DNA of 56,078 nucleotides from a virus (lineage: Duplodnaviria > Caudoviricetes). This document shows, piece by piece, positions 47,429 through 55,961 of the stretch. Numbering within the stretch: position 1 is the first letter of the stretch; every line of letters begins with the position of its first letter. Where the stretch lies: positions 1 through 56,078 of IMG/VR virus record IMGVR_UViG_3300028126_000005; one strand, given 5' to 3'. The notes beneath the pieces were generated by a model, which saw only the letters and a program-made list of their open reading frames with translations, was not told the DNA's origin and ran no database searches. The translations under genes and the position numbers were made by a program.

Positions 47429-47839
47429 TTATCTTCCTTGTCTATCTTTTTCGTATGATTTATCTAATATAGACTTTGCTTTACTTACAAAATCTAACTT
47501 AGAGATATCTATACCTGGCATTGGTCCAGAGTTTTCTGTTAATCCCATACCCGTTGCTATATTAGAAGCAAAATTTGGTTTCATAGGTCCAGGATTATTT
47601 ATCATGTTATTGTAATCTTGACTAGACATTTCTTGTCTTGTGTTTTCTAGCATAGCATCTAGAGAAGCACTCTTACCAGTTGACCATCTTTTAGGTTGGT
47701 TTTTAGGTACCTCTTTGTAGGTAGCTTGCTGCGGAGTACTAGCTATTTTTACTGCTTCGGAGATTACGTCTTGTAACTCTTCCTTAACAGCAGCTCTTAC
47801 TTCTTCTCGTATGATTTTTCTTAATTGATCGAGTTTCAT
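47429..47839 (-). CDS. Protein with MKLDQLRKIIREEV leader
   Basis: Shared amphipathic leader, LxE sites and its own TATTTAT motif. Confidence 0.65.
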   Translation of the reverse strand: MKLDQLRKIIREEVRAAVKEELQDVISEAVKIASTPQQATYKEVPKNQPKRWSTGKSASLDAMLENTRQEMSSQDYNNMINNPGPMKPNFASNIATGMGLTENSGPMPGIDISKLDFVSKAKSILDKSYEKDRQGR

Positions 47840-47853
47840 ATATATAAATAGTT
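47840..47853 (-). promoter_or_regulatory. Putative late promoter (sense AACTATTTATATAT)
   Basis: TATTTATA motif abutting the 47839 start. Confidence 0.6.
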
Positions 47854-47881
47854 AAGTTATGGAAGTTGTTTATTATTTTTT

Positions 47882-49021
47882 TTACATTACTCTGTTTATC
47901 TGGTATTGGTTTGCACCAAACTCTCTTAATTCGTTTCGTATTTCATCATCATCAAATCCTTTAGCGACTAACTGTCTATACTTTTTCTGCACTTCTGGAT
48001 ATCTTCTGGTTATTCTTTTAGGTTTACTCGGCAGTGGAGTAGGAGTGACTACGGGTAAAGGAGTAGTGGTTGGACTAGTATTTGTCTCGCTACTGCTATC
48101 TTCTTCTATAACATCTAAACCTAGCTCTACTGTAGCTCTTTTCTTAAATATATTTTCTATTGAAGTACTTGCTGATTTTTCTACGGTAACAACGTTATTT
48201 GTTTTTAATTGATTGAGTCTAAATTTTACTTCCTCAACTAATATTTCAGGGCTACTAGCAAATGATTTAGGGCCTGTTAATACAGTTATTCCTCTAAAGT
48301 CTATAGCAACAGCTTGTCTTCTAGCTGAGATAGGAGGTGAGTCCGGATCTTTTAATACTTTTATTGTATATGTTTCTCCGCTCTCAGATATAAAGGTGAT
48401 TCCTTTAACATATATATCATCAGTTTTAGATTGAACATCGTCTATTATTTTTCTTCTTTCTTCATCAGTTAAATCTTGTTTAGAGTAACAGGCATCTATT
48501 AATCCTTGAATTATAGTAACTATAGCTAAAACAGGTGCTATACTATTTTTTGTTGTTATTACAGCAATTTTTATAGTCTCTTTTACTTCTTCTAAATCTT
48601 CTAGTCTTTCTTCTGCTCTTCTAATTCTCTCTTCTAATTTAGTTAAGTTTGTTGTTTTCTTAGCACCAGTAGGGGTACCGGTTGTACCTGTTATAGGACT
48701 AGCGACGAAGTCAGGTCTATAATGAAACTGTATGTCTAAATATATTTGCAATGCTAATATAGCAGCATCTAATAATATGGGAAGTTTTTCTATTCTATCA
48801 ATTACTTTTTGCACTCTACTAAGAACAGTTTCTATAGCATCTAGTTTCTTTGTAAGAGCTTTAAGCTTTGGAGGTGGTGGACAGGTATCAGAAAGTTCAG
48901 ATAAAACGTCATTTACTATAGAAAAAACTCTAGCGATTACAAGTGCTCTAGCCATTCCTAAAACAGTTATAGCATACTCTGCTAGCTTTGATTTTATTTT
49001 CTTCTTAAATGTATGTGGCAT
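47882..49021 (-). CDS. Helical hypothetical protein of the baseplate cluster
   Basis: 379-aa ORF coupled to the spike-like gene. Confidence 0.6.
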   Translation of the reverse strand: MPHTFKKKIKSKLAEYAITVLGMARALVIARVFSIVNDVLSELSDTCPPPPKLKALTKKLDAIETVLSRVQKVIDRIEKLPILLDAAILALQIYLDIQFHYRPDFVASPITGTTGTPTGAKKTTNLTKLEERIRRAEERLEDLEEVKETIKIAVITTKNSIAPVLAIVTIIQGLIDACYSKQDLTDEERRKIIDDVQSKTDDIYVKGITFISESGETYTIKVLKDPDSPPISARRQAVAIDFRGITVLTGPKSFASSPEILVEEVKFRLNQLKTNNVVTVEKSASTSIENIFKKRATVELGLDVIEEDSSSETNTSPTTTPLPVVTPTPLPSKPKRITRRYPEVQKKYRQLVAKGFDDDEIRNELREFGANQYQINRVM

Positions 49022-50151
49022 TACTCTGTATATACTTTACGCGATTTCAATAATGACGCTCCGTTAGGGTTAATCTGTTGGTCTAATTTCTGCATAGCAA
49101 TTACTACTGAAGGACCTATAAGGTTAATATCCGGTATTGGACCTCCGCTGTTCTTGGCTTTAGATAAACCTTTACCTATATCTATCATAGTGTCTAAAAG
49201 AGATTTAAGGAATAATTCTAAAGCTTCTCCTTTTATAACAGGCTGTTGTTCAGTCCTTTTAGCTTGTTCGCCAAGGTAGATCTTTTTAGCATCTAATCCA
49301 ATATAGTCTTCTGAGTCAATAAATGTCTGTTTAGATGATATACCTAGAGAGTTAGTTGCTGTAAATATTATATCCTCTTCTGTAGAATTAAAAAATAGTC
49401 TACCGCTATTAAGTATAATCTGTTTACCTTCGTAAGCATCAGAAAGAATAGGTCTAGTTTTAGCTCCTGCAAATTTTACTTTTGACTGTTTAAGCGGTAT
49501 AGTGTGTTGAGAGGTTAGGTATATAGAAGAGTCATCTTTGTTTATATCTTCTACGTATAATTCAGTTACTTCTAACTCTTCATGTCCGTTAGTAAGGATA
49601 GTAATAGGCTTTTGCTTATTAGAGTTATTAGTTAAAGTATTCATAGGAGACTTAGCTCCTCCAAATCTAATAGAGTTACCTAACCTACCCTGTATAATAG
49701 TGTCCCCGTTAAAAGGGTAAAGCGGTCTAACTTTACTATTTTCTTCATATTCGTATCCAGGAGCATCTTCATCTTGAGGTTCACTTTCTTTTTCTAAAGG
49801 TAAGTAATTTATATCGTTATAAATTCCTAATATAGAAATATAGTAATCATATTGAGACAGCTCTTCTGACTCTCTTGGGCCTTTTACTAGCAGTACTACT
49901 TCATTAATAAGAGGAAGTGTATTATTAAAAGAGTTAATAGGAAAAGCATACGGTAGAGTTTTAGTATCTTCTACGTCGATAGATTGAGTAAGGTTTACAT
50001 ACTTAATTACTCCTATGCCGTCTATAGGTTTAAATTTACCTGATGTTATTTCAGGATGGTTTTTATCTAATATAATATCCTTTACTCTTACCGGTATTAT
50101 ATTATCGGCAGATATACTGTTTATACTAGATAGGGGGTTGTTAAATTGCAT
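49021..50151 (-). CDS. Baseplate central spike/hub-like protein (gp5-like, no lysozyme domain seen)
   Basis: N-terminal OB-like region (PLINEVVL), GDTIIQGRLGNSIRFG, beta-repeat IILNSGRLFFN; position upstream of gp25. Confidence 0.55.
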   Translation of the reverse strand: MQFNNPLSSINSISADNIIPVRVKDIILDKNHPEITSGKFKPIDGIGVIKYVNLTQSIDVEDTKTLPYAFPINSFNNTLPLINEVVLLVKGPRESEELSQYDYYISILGIYNDINYLPLEKESEPQDEDAPGYEYEENSKVRPLYPFNGDTIIQGRLGNSIRFGGAKSPMNTLTNNSNKQKPITILTNGHEELEVTELYVEDINKDDSSIYLTSQHTIPLKQSKVKFAGAKTRPILSDAYEGKQIILNSGRLFFNSTEEDIIFTATNSLGISSKQTFIDSEDYIGLDAKKIYLGEQAKRTEQQPVIKGEALELFLKSLLDTMIDIGKGLSKAKNSGGPIPDINLIGPSVVIAMQKLDQQINPNGASLLKSRKVYTE

Positions 50152-50512
50152 CCTCTCCTTCTTCAGGTTTTTCTACTTCTTCTATTTCGTTTTCAATAGC
50201 TTCTTGTTCATCTAATAAGTCTTGAAGATCAGAAAAGTCAAATTCACCTGATTCACCTTTTGCAGCTGCAGCTTCTATTCGCTGGATTACTGTAGCTAGT
50301 TTAATTAAGTGTTCATCGTTTTTTACTCCTATCTCCATATACTCTTTTATCATAGGTACAATTAGAGTAGCATCGCCAATATTTTCTATAAGTGGTTTAA
50401 GTTCTCCTATTAGCCCTTTTACCTGTCCTTTGGTTTCTTTAGAATTGTCGTATATTTCAGAAAAAAGATCAGATAACGTTTTGCCTTTAAATATTTCTTT
50501 ATCTAAGCTCAT
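50141..50512 (-). CDS. Hypothetical helical protein
   Basis: 123-aa ORF with TATTTAT motif upstream. Confidence 0.65.
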   Translation of the reverse strand: MSLDKEIFKGKTLSDLFSEIYDNSKETKGQVKGLIGELKPLIENIGDATLIVPMIKEYMEIGVKNDEHLIKLATVIQRIEAAAAKGESGEFDFSDLQDLLDEQEAIENEIEEVEKPEEGEDAI

Positions 50513-50520
50513 ATAATAGT

Positions 50521-50535
50521 TTTATTATAAATAGA
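50521..50535 (-). promoter_or_regulatory. Putative late promoter (sense TCTATTTATAATAAA)
   Basis: TATTTATA motif at the head of the baseplate operon. Confidence 0.65.
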
Positions 50536-51240
50536 TTATATGTAACTATTGTTCAAAAGTCCTTGATCGTACATCTTTTGGTATATAGCGTACCATTCTT
50601 TTTTAAGTACGTTTACTACTTTAGTCAGAGTAGGAGTATCGCAATCTGTCATTTCTCTTATATAAATGTAAAGTGCTTTCTTTTTAAATATTTCTATATC
50701 GTTTCTAGTTTTGAATACCACGAGAACAGCATCAGCTATCTTTCTATCAGAAGGTTTTTCGAAAAGCTCGTCTAATCTTTCGTACATATCTGATATCCAG
50801 TTATCTAGAACTAGTATAAGTGTTTTTCTATTTACTGAGTCTATATTACTACCTGGTTCATAAGATTCTTCCATTTCAGAGAACTGTCCTATTCTCTTTA
50901 ACTTCTTATAGTTCTTATTATTGTAGTTAATTAACCACCTTTTAACAATAGTACCGAAATAAGAATATGCTTTAGCTCCATTTGTAGGATCAAACTTCAT
51001 TATCTTGTCTTCTAGTAATACAGCAACGAGTTCGTGCTTTAAATCTTCTATTTTGTCTACATCTGTATAGTAGAACTTAAAAGTATGTATTATATTTTCA
51101 GATAGTTTATAAAAAGGGATGTAGATGTGATCAGTAAAGATTTTGTTTCGATAGTCTTGATCAGTAGACTCATTATATTTTACTATGTATTCTTCAGTTT
51201 CTTTTGTAAAGTAATTAGCTTTCGCTTTTTTTCTTGCCAT
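50536..51240 (-). CDS. Late-transcription sigma factor (T4 gp55-like)
   Basis: NYF..., FYKLSENII, KFDPTNGAKAYSYFGTIVKR resembles the gp55 FDP..NPFAYFTQI motif. Confidence 0.75.
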   Translation of the reverse strand: MARKKAKANYFTKETEEYIVKYNESTDQDYRNKIFTDHIYIPFYKLSENIIHTFKFYYTDVDKIEDLKHELVAVLLEDKIMKFDPTNGAKAYSYFGTIVKRWLINYNNKNYKKLKRIGQFSEMEESYEPGSNIDSVNRKTLILVLDNWISDMYERLDELFEKPSDRKIADAVLVVFKTRNDIEIFKKKALYIYIREMTDCDTPTLTKVVNVLKKEWYAIYQKMYDQGLLNNSYI

Positions 51241-51535
51241 AATTTTCAGGGAGCATATATCGGTTTAGCTCTTTTTGTACGTTTTCCATTTGTTTAAAAA
51301 AATAACCGACCTCATCGTCTGACTGAAATGTACCTTTCTGATCAAGATTCTTTAGGTGCTTTTGACCTTCGCCTACGGCGTTTGATATATTTTGTAAGTA
51401 TTGTACTTGGTCTTGTACAACATCTTCATAGTTTTCTACTTTTCTAAGTAGATTATATACAATATATGATAATATTCCGGAAAAAGCAACTAGACTTCCG
51501 AGAATTACGTAAAATAATGTTGGATTTATTTCCAT
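51215..51535 (-). CDS. Membrane-anchored coiled-coil protein
   Basis: N-terminal hydrophobic helix LFYVILGSLVAFSGILSYIVY. Confidence 0.7.
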   Translation of the reverse strand: MEINPTLFYVILGSLVAFSGILSYIVYNLLRKVENYEDVVQDQVQYLQNISNAVGEGQKHLKNLDQKGTFQSDDEVGYFFKQMENVQKELNRYMLPENYGKKKSES

Positions 51536-51544
51536 TTTATGAAT

Positions 51545-52279
51545 TTATAAGTTTTTTAACATGTTTGACAGGCCGTCTGATGAGTTTACCCGTCTACCTG
51601 TAGTAGATTTAGTTTTGGTAACTTTAGATTGAGTATTTCCTCCGGTATTTAACCACATATCGTACTCAACCTTAGAGGCTAAGAAGTCTGCTGTGTGTAA
51701 TACTGAGATAATAGAAGTTTTTTGTCTAGATGACTGTACGTTACTGAAAAAGTACGCTTCATTAGCTTTATCAAACACTCCATCATGGCATCTAATAGCT
51801 AAAAACTCTTTTTGACTTACTTTTATACCAAATTTCTGTAGGATAAATAAAGACCTGTCGGGGATTAACATAAAATCCAAGTTAGGATTAAAAGTATACA
51901 TCTCTGAAAGCTTATCTTGTCTCCATTTATCAGTCTGAGGTATGTAGTTGGGTACGTCTCCATCTCCAATCTTACCTAAATCGTGGAACAATGCGGCAAA
52001 TACCAGTTCTTCTTCGGTGAAATCAATAGAACCACCCATTTCTTCGTATAACCTAGACTGTTTTACCGCAAATTCCACTACTCTGTTAACATGATCGACA
52101 TATCCTCCTGCAAATGCATTATGATACCAAGTTTTTCCACTAGCAGGTGCCATAACATATGTATCTTCCATATGATTAAGCATTGAAAGTATGCTTTCCT
52201 TACGATCTCCTATATAAGTATCGATAATCTTAAGATGCTTTTGGTAGTTTTTAGATATTTTTTCTGCCGATAATGCCAT
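51545..52279 (-). CDS. HD-domain phosphohydrolase (YhaM/Cbf1-like HD domain)
   Basis: APAS..YHNAFAGGYVDH, ALFHDLGK, AIRCHDG, LHTAD. Confidence 0.88.
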   Translation of the reverse strand: MALSAEKISKNYQKHLKIIDTYIGDRKESILSMLNHMEDTYVMAPASGKTWYHNAFAGGYVDHVNRVVEFAVKQSRLYEEMGGSIDFTEEELVFAALFHDLGKIGDGDVPNYIPQTDKWRQDKLSEMYTFNPNLDFMLIPDRSLFILQKFGIKVSQKEFLAIRCHDGVFDKANEAYFFSNVQSSRQKTSIISVLHTADFLASKVEYDMWLNTGGNTQSKVTKTKSTTGRRVNSSDGLSNMLKNL

Positions 52280-52367
52280 ATTATATTAATTCTTTATTAT
52301 ATTATATTATTACTATTAATTTATACTTATATTAACTTATATATTATATAATATTTTATATATTAAT

Positions 52368-52399
52368 TAAGATAATGTTTTAAAAGCAGAAAAGCAACT
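52368..52399 (-). promoter_or_regulatory. Host-type promoter
   Basis: Sense AGTTG-N20-TATCTTA upstream of the HD/sigma operon. Confidence 0.7.
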
Positions 52400-53027
52400 A
52401 TTTTACAATAAATTTTTCTAAATACTTAGATTTAGTTACTGAACTTGCTCCTGCATCCCAATTTACTCTCATATAAATCGTAATAGTATCACCGATCATC
52501 TGTGGAATAAACGGTCCTAAATAACGTCTAGTAGTAAATTTATTATTTTTTTCTCTAAAATACAACTCTGTACGTTGAGCTATATTAACCTCTATACCTT
52601 TGAACTGAGTAAGAGCTAGATCCGTATAATCAACCGGTAAAGGGATACCTGTAGATGTAACTGGTCCAAACGGAGAGTATATAGCCTGCTGTATTACTAA
52701 CGTATCTCCTATCTTCCATGAAGTATTACTATCGAACTCTGCAGTTACTACCGATGAATTATTATATTGATATTGAGGGTTAGTTTTATCTGCATGAACA
52801 TCTACGTAAAAGTAAGGTAAATACTCACCTGTCCAATCTAACTCTACATGGTAATAACCGTTACTATCTTTATCTCTATGAAACTCTATATAACTACTAC
52901 AATCACCGCTTTCGCAAACAGCAGGTAAAAGGGGTTCGGGTGAGCATGAGAGGGTAAGGTAGAATATAAGGCCTACGGCCGCCGCGCGAAACGCGCGAAG
53001 TTGCCACGAAAATTTTTTACTTATCAT
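52398..53027 (-). CDS. Lipoprotein of unknown function
   Basis: Basic N-terminus, hydrophobic stretch, LTLS-C lipobox. Confidence 0.65.
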   Translation of the reverse strand: MISKKFSWQLRAFRAAAVGLIFYLTLSCSPEPLLPAVCESGDCSSYIEFHRDKDSNGYYHVELDWTGEYLPYFYVDVHADKTNPQYQYNNSSVVTAEFDSNTSWKIGDTLVIQQAIYSPFGPVTSTGIPLPVDYTDLALTQFKGIEVNIAQRTELYFREKNNKFTTRRYLGPFIPQMIGDTITIYMRVNWDAGASSVTKSKYLEKFIVK

Positions 53028-53511
53028 CTTTACCAGTATAACGTTCTCCTAATCTTTCGATTACAGCCTTCGCTTCATCTACAGTCATTCTAAAGAATTC
53101 CCTTTTATTGTTAACTCTAAAGGATTCACAGTATCTATGAACTTCTTGTTCTAACTCGATACCATTGTAACAGCCAAAGGCCCAAGCTACCTCGAAGTCT
53201 TGTGCGACTCCGGTAGAAGCATTTATCTGCTTTACTCTCTTAGACGGAGCATTCTTAGTATAACCTATCTTAACCATACCGGGTATAGTAGGATTGGTAA
53301 GTACATATACATATTGTTTAGACGTATCTGGTGTATATGTGAGTCTATTAGAACGTGCCGTATAGTATGTAACGTCTTCCCATCCATCTTCTGCGGTATA
53401 TCTCTCTGATGTACTGGGAGTAATAGTATAGAATTTAATTGGGGAATCTGTGAAGTCCTCAGTGGCTTTGATTAAGCCTTCAGCTTTTTCTTTAGATATT
53501 CTTTGTATCAT
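53017..53511 (-). CDS. T5orf172/GIY-YIG-like domain protein
   Basis: YVYVLTNP...VKIGYT...R...LEQEVH...REFF. Confidence 0.85.
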   Translation of the reverse strand: MIQRISKEKAEGLIKATEDFTDSPIKFYTITPSTSERYTAEDGWEDVTYYTARSNRLTYTPDTSKQYVYVLTNPTIPGMVKIGYTKNAPSKRVKQINASTGVAQDFEVAWAFGCYNGIELEQEVHRYCESFRVNNKREFFRMTVDEAKAVIERLGERYTGKDDK

Positions 53512-53534
53512 ATATATAACCTTTATTTATACCT

Positions 53535-53566
53535 TAAGATAAGAAAATTATCTCAGACAAACAACT
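53535..53566 (-). promoter_or_regulatory. Host-type promoter
   Basis: Sense AGTTG-N20-TATCTTA upstream of the 53511 start. Confidence 0.7.
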
Positions 53567-54005
53567 TATCCACAGTTATCTCTTGTACTGTTTTTTCATA
53601 TAATACATCTATAGTCTTTTTTATTAACCCACATCTTTCATATTGTTCATATTCTTCAAAAAATATCCTTAGATCATCTAATCTTAAAATGAGATTTGGA
53701 ACATCATATGAATCCCCTATAGTATATACTCTATCTTCTATTGCTTTTAAATCTAATCTTTCAAGATAACCATAAAGTTTATGAAAATACTTATATTTAA
53801 CAGTAGGTCTTACTCTTTTATACTGTGTTGGATTGTTTTTCATATATAACATATCCATAACAGCATAGTTATCTATACCTCTGGTAACCATATTAAGAAG
53901 AACATAAGGATTATTAAGAGTATTTTCAACTCCATGCTCTTTATACACTTCTTCATCTCCTTTTTCAAAGAGAGAAAATAAAGAATGTGGGTCTAACTGT
54001 TGCAT
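53553..54005 (-). CDS. Hypothetical protein with C-terminal UVR-like motif
   Basis: EQYERCGLIK; start placed at ATG 54005, just after a TATTTAT motif (track start 54023). Confidence 0.6.
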   Translation of the reverse strand: MQQLDPHSLFSLFEKGDEEVYKEHGVENTLNNPYVLLNMVTRGIDNYAVMDMLYMKNNPTQYKRVRPTVKYKYFHKLYGYLERLDLKAIEDRVYTIGDSYDVPNLILRLDDLRIFFEEYEQYERCGLIKKTIDVLYEKTVQEITVDKLFV

Positions 54006-54008
54006 ATA

Positions 54009-54020
54009 CCATAAATAGTT
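54009..54020 (-). promoter_or_regulatory. Putative late promoter (sense AACTATTTATGG)
   Basis: TATTTAT motif upstream of ATG 54005. Confidence 0.5.
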
Positions 54021-54052
54021 CATATATTGTAATATAGGTTAGGTTAGTATAG

Positions 54053-54976
54053 ATGAAAAAACTAAGTGCAGTAAAGATTACAAGGTTTTTTAACTATTTG
54101 AAGCAGTTTAACCAAGGAATTCTAGATAAAATTTTAAGATCTACTATTAAGCTCCAACAAGAAGATAAGATTTTCTATGATTCTCCTGCTTTAACTAGAT
54201 ATCAATACATTTATAAGCATATGGAAAAGAAATTTACTAAGAATACCTCTATTATTATACAAGGTCCTGTGTATGATAGTGAGTTTGTTACTAAAAACTA
54301 CCGATACTATACTGATTTAGGGTATCAAGTTGTGGTATCTACTTGGGATAGTGAAGGAAAATGGCAAGAAGCTATGCTACCTGATGATATTTTAGTGTAT
54401 TCTGAAGGAATGGAGTATAGATCTAGGGTAATCGATTTTCGTCATCCACATTTTAGCGCTGAAAAAGGTGAGGATGTATTTGCTTCCTGTACTAATTACT
54501 ATCAAGCTCTAAGCATACTCAATGGTTTTAATCTTATAAAACCCGAAGGTAATGTAATAAAGATTAGAACTGATGAATTTTACTCTGATCTAAAAGAAAT
54601 TGAACAGAAACTAGATCAAATGACGTATCCTCAATTCATCTGCGGTGATACTTTTGCTATACCTGGCGAACAGCCATCGGATCATATTATAGCTACTACT
54701 GGTCAAGCATTATACGATACCTGCAGGTTAATTGTTAATAAGTATAGGAGTACTATTATGCTTACCAAAAGAAATTGCTTTGATCCATACAAAGAAGGGT
54801 ACACTATCGAAGAAGAGATCTTTAATGCATTTATTTTAAGTACTGGTGTTTCAACACATACTTGTGATATAGAGGATATATTCGACCAATACTGTGTTAT
54901 TATAAAGAAAGAAGATTTTGGAGACTATATAATTAAGTGGAATACTCAAAATAAAGTATTTACTAATATTAAGTAG
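54053..54976 (+). CDS. WavE-like glycan-synthesis/glycosyltransferase-like protein
   Basis: SIIIQGP, VVVSTW, NYYQ..S..NG, IKIRTD, SDH; the true start may be the internal Met of MEKKF. Confidence 0.65.
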   Translation: MKKLSAVKITRFFNYLKQFNQGILDKILRSTIKLQQEDKIFYDSPALTRYQYIYKHMEKKFTKNTSIIIQGPVYDSEFVTKNYRYYTDLGYQVVVSTWDSEGKWQEAMLPDDILVYSEGMEYRSRVIDFRHPHFSAEKGEDVFASCTNYYQALSILNGFNLIKPEGNVIKIRTDEFYSDLKEIEQKLDQMTYPQFICGDTFAIPGEQPSDHIIATTGQALYDTCRLIVNKYRSTIMLTKRNCFDPYKEGYTIEEEIFNAFILSTGVSTHTCDIEDIFDQYCVIIKKEDFGDYIIKWNTQNKVFTNIK

Positions 54977-55435
54977 ATGCCCGACTATACTATTCATAGA
55001 GGATTATTTAGTGTTGAGTTCTGTGATAGAGTAGCTGAGACATTTAAAGATAATTCTACATATGCGCCAAGAGGTGATTGGAATGCATATGATGTTAGTA
55101 AAGGTCCCCTATATACGGAAATTCTTGAAAATTTTTCTCCCGTGATTCCCTATAAATTTAATGAAAAGTGGATCAATATAACTGAATACAATAAAGGTGA
55201 TAGTTTAAGAAACCATAGAGACATGGATTCAAGTTTAACCCTAGTTTCGGAAATCAGAAGTGCCAGTAGCGGAGGACGTTTTATCATTAATAAGAATACC
55301 TATATAGAGCTTAATAAAGGAGACGTAATAACGTTTAATGGAAGTAATATAATGCATGGAGTGGAGACGGTATATAGAGGGAGTAGGCTATCATTGAATA
55401 TGTGGACGTATCCTAATACTACTAAGATTATATAA
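54977..55435 (+). CDS. 2OG-Fe(II) oxygenase (prolyl-hydroxylase-like)
   Basis: Y..G...HRD, GGRF, KGDVITF, MHGV...R.SL..W. Confidence 0.85.
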   Translation: MPDYTIHRGLFSVEFCDRVAETFKDNSTYAPRGDWNAYDVSKGPLYTEILENFSPVIPYKFNEKWINITEYNKGDSLRNHRDMDSSLTLVSEIRSASSGGRFIINKNTYIELNKGDVITFNGSNIMHGVETVYRGSRLSLNMWTYPNTTKII

Positions 55436-55582
55436 ATATATAAATATATATTACTATATACTTAAAATCTATAATTTTTATGCGAATAGGTCTGGAAGAA
55501 ACACGCAGACGACCAACCCTTTAGGGAACTATACTGTCACTGTTATATCACCTTTAGGTCAACCTGCCGGAGGAGTTACCGA

Positions 55583-55774
55583 CTAATTCTTGGATGGGAG
55601 TAAGAAGACAACTATAAGGCCTATAATAGAGAGACCTATAACATATATTGGATTGGTAAGAGCTATATGTAGCCCTAGTACTAATGCCTCTATAATAAGA
55701 CCCATTATGGCTACCAGCATTACTATAACGCCTATGGTACCTATTGTATATAATATATCCTTATTAAGCTTCAT
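55583..55774 (-). CDS. Small two-helix membrane protein
   Basis: Two hydrophobic stretches; overlaps the upstream ORF stop. Confidence 0.55.
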   Translation of the reverse strand: MKLNKDILYTIGTIGVIVMLVAIMGLIIEALVLGLHIALTNPIYVIGLSIIGLIVVFLLPSKN

Positions 55775-55961
55775 ATGTAGATATTATATTATCGTACTGA
55801 GCTTTAGTCTTTATCCTATGCTCTTTCTTTAACACCTGAGGATTATAATGCCACTCTATACATTGCAATTGATGTAGGAAGGACATCTTATTGATAACCT
55901 TTGAGGGTATAAACTCTGTCATCTGTACGTTTAAATCGTTAACTATGTCTATTGTATTCAT
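55764..55961 (-). CDS. Small hypothetical protein
   Basis: 65 aa, preceded by a host-type promoter. Confidence 0.6.
   Translation of the reverse strand: MNTIDIVNDLNVQMTEFIPSKVINKMSFLHQLQCIEWHYNPQVLKKEHRIKTKAQYDNIISTYEA

Noticed and set aside
2208-52400. Stop-codon reassignment
   Set aside because: Core genes are full length in the standard code, and TAG ends portal, terminase and others at sensible positions.
53524-53531. Canonical T4 late promoter TATAAATA in sense orientation
   Set aside because: Single copy inside the leader of a host-type promoter; expected by chance at this AT content.
2311-53769. Numerous short plus-strand ORFs in the track
   Set aside because: They are antisense shadows of well-supported minus-strand genes; their Ser/Phe/Leu-rich content mirrors acidic or Lys-rich sense codons.
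55480-55582. tRNA gene
   Set aside because: No cloverleaf or GTTCRA T-loop could be found by eye.
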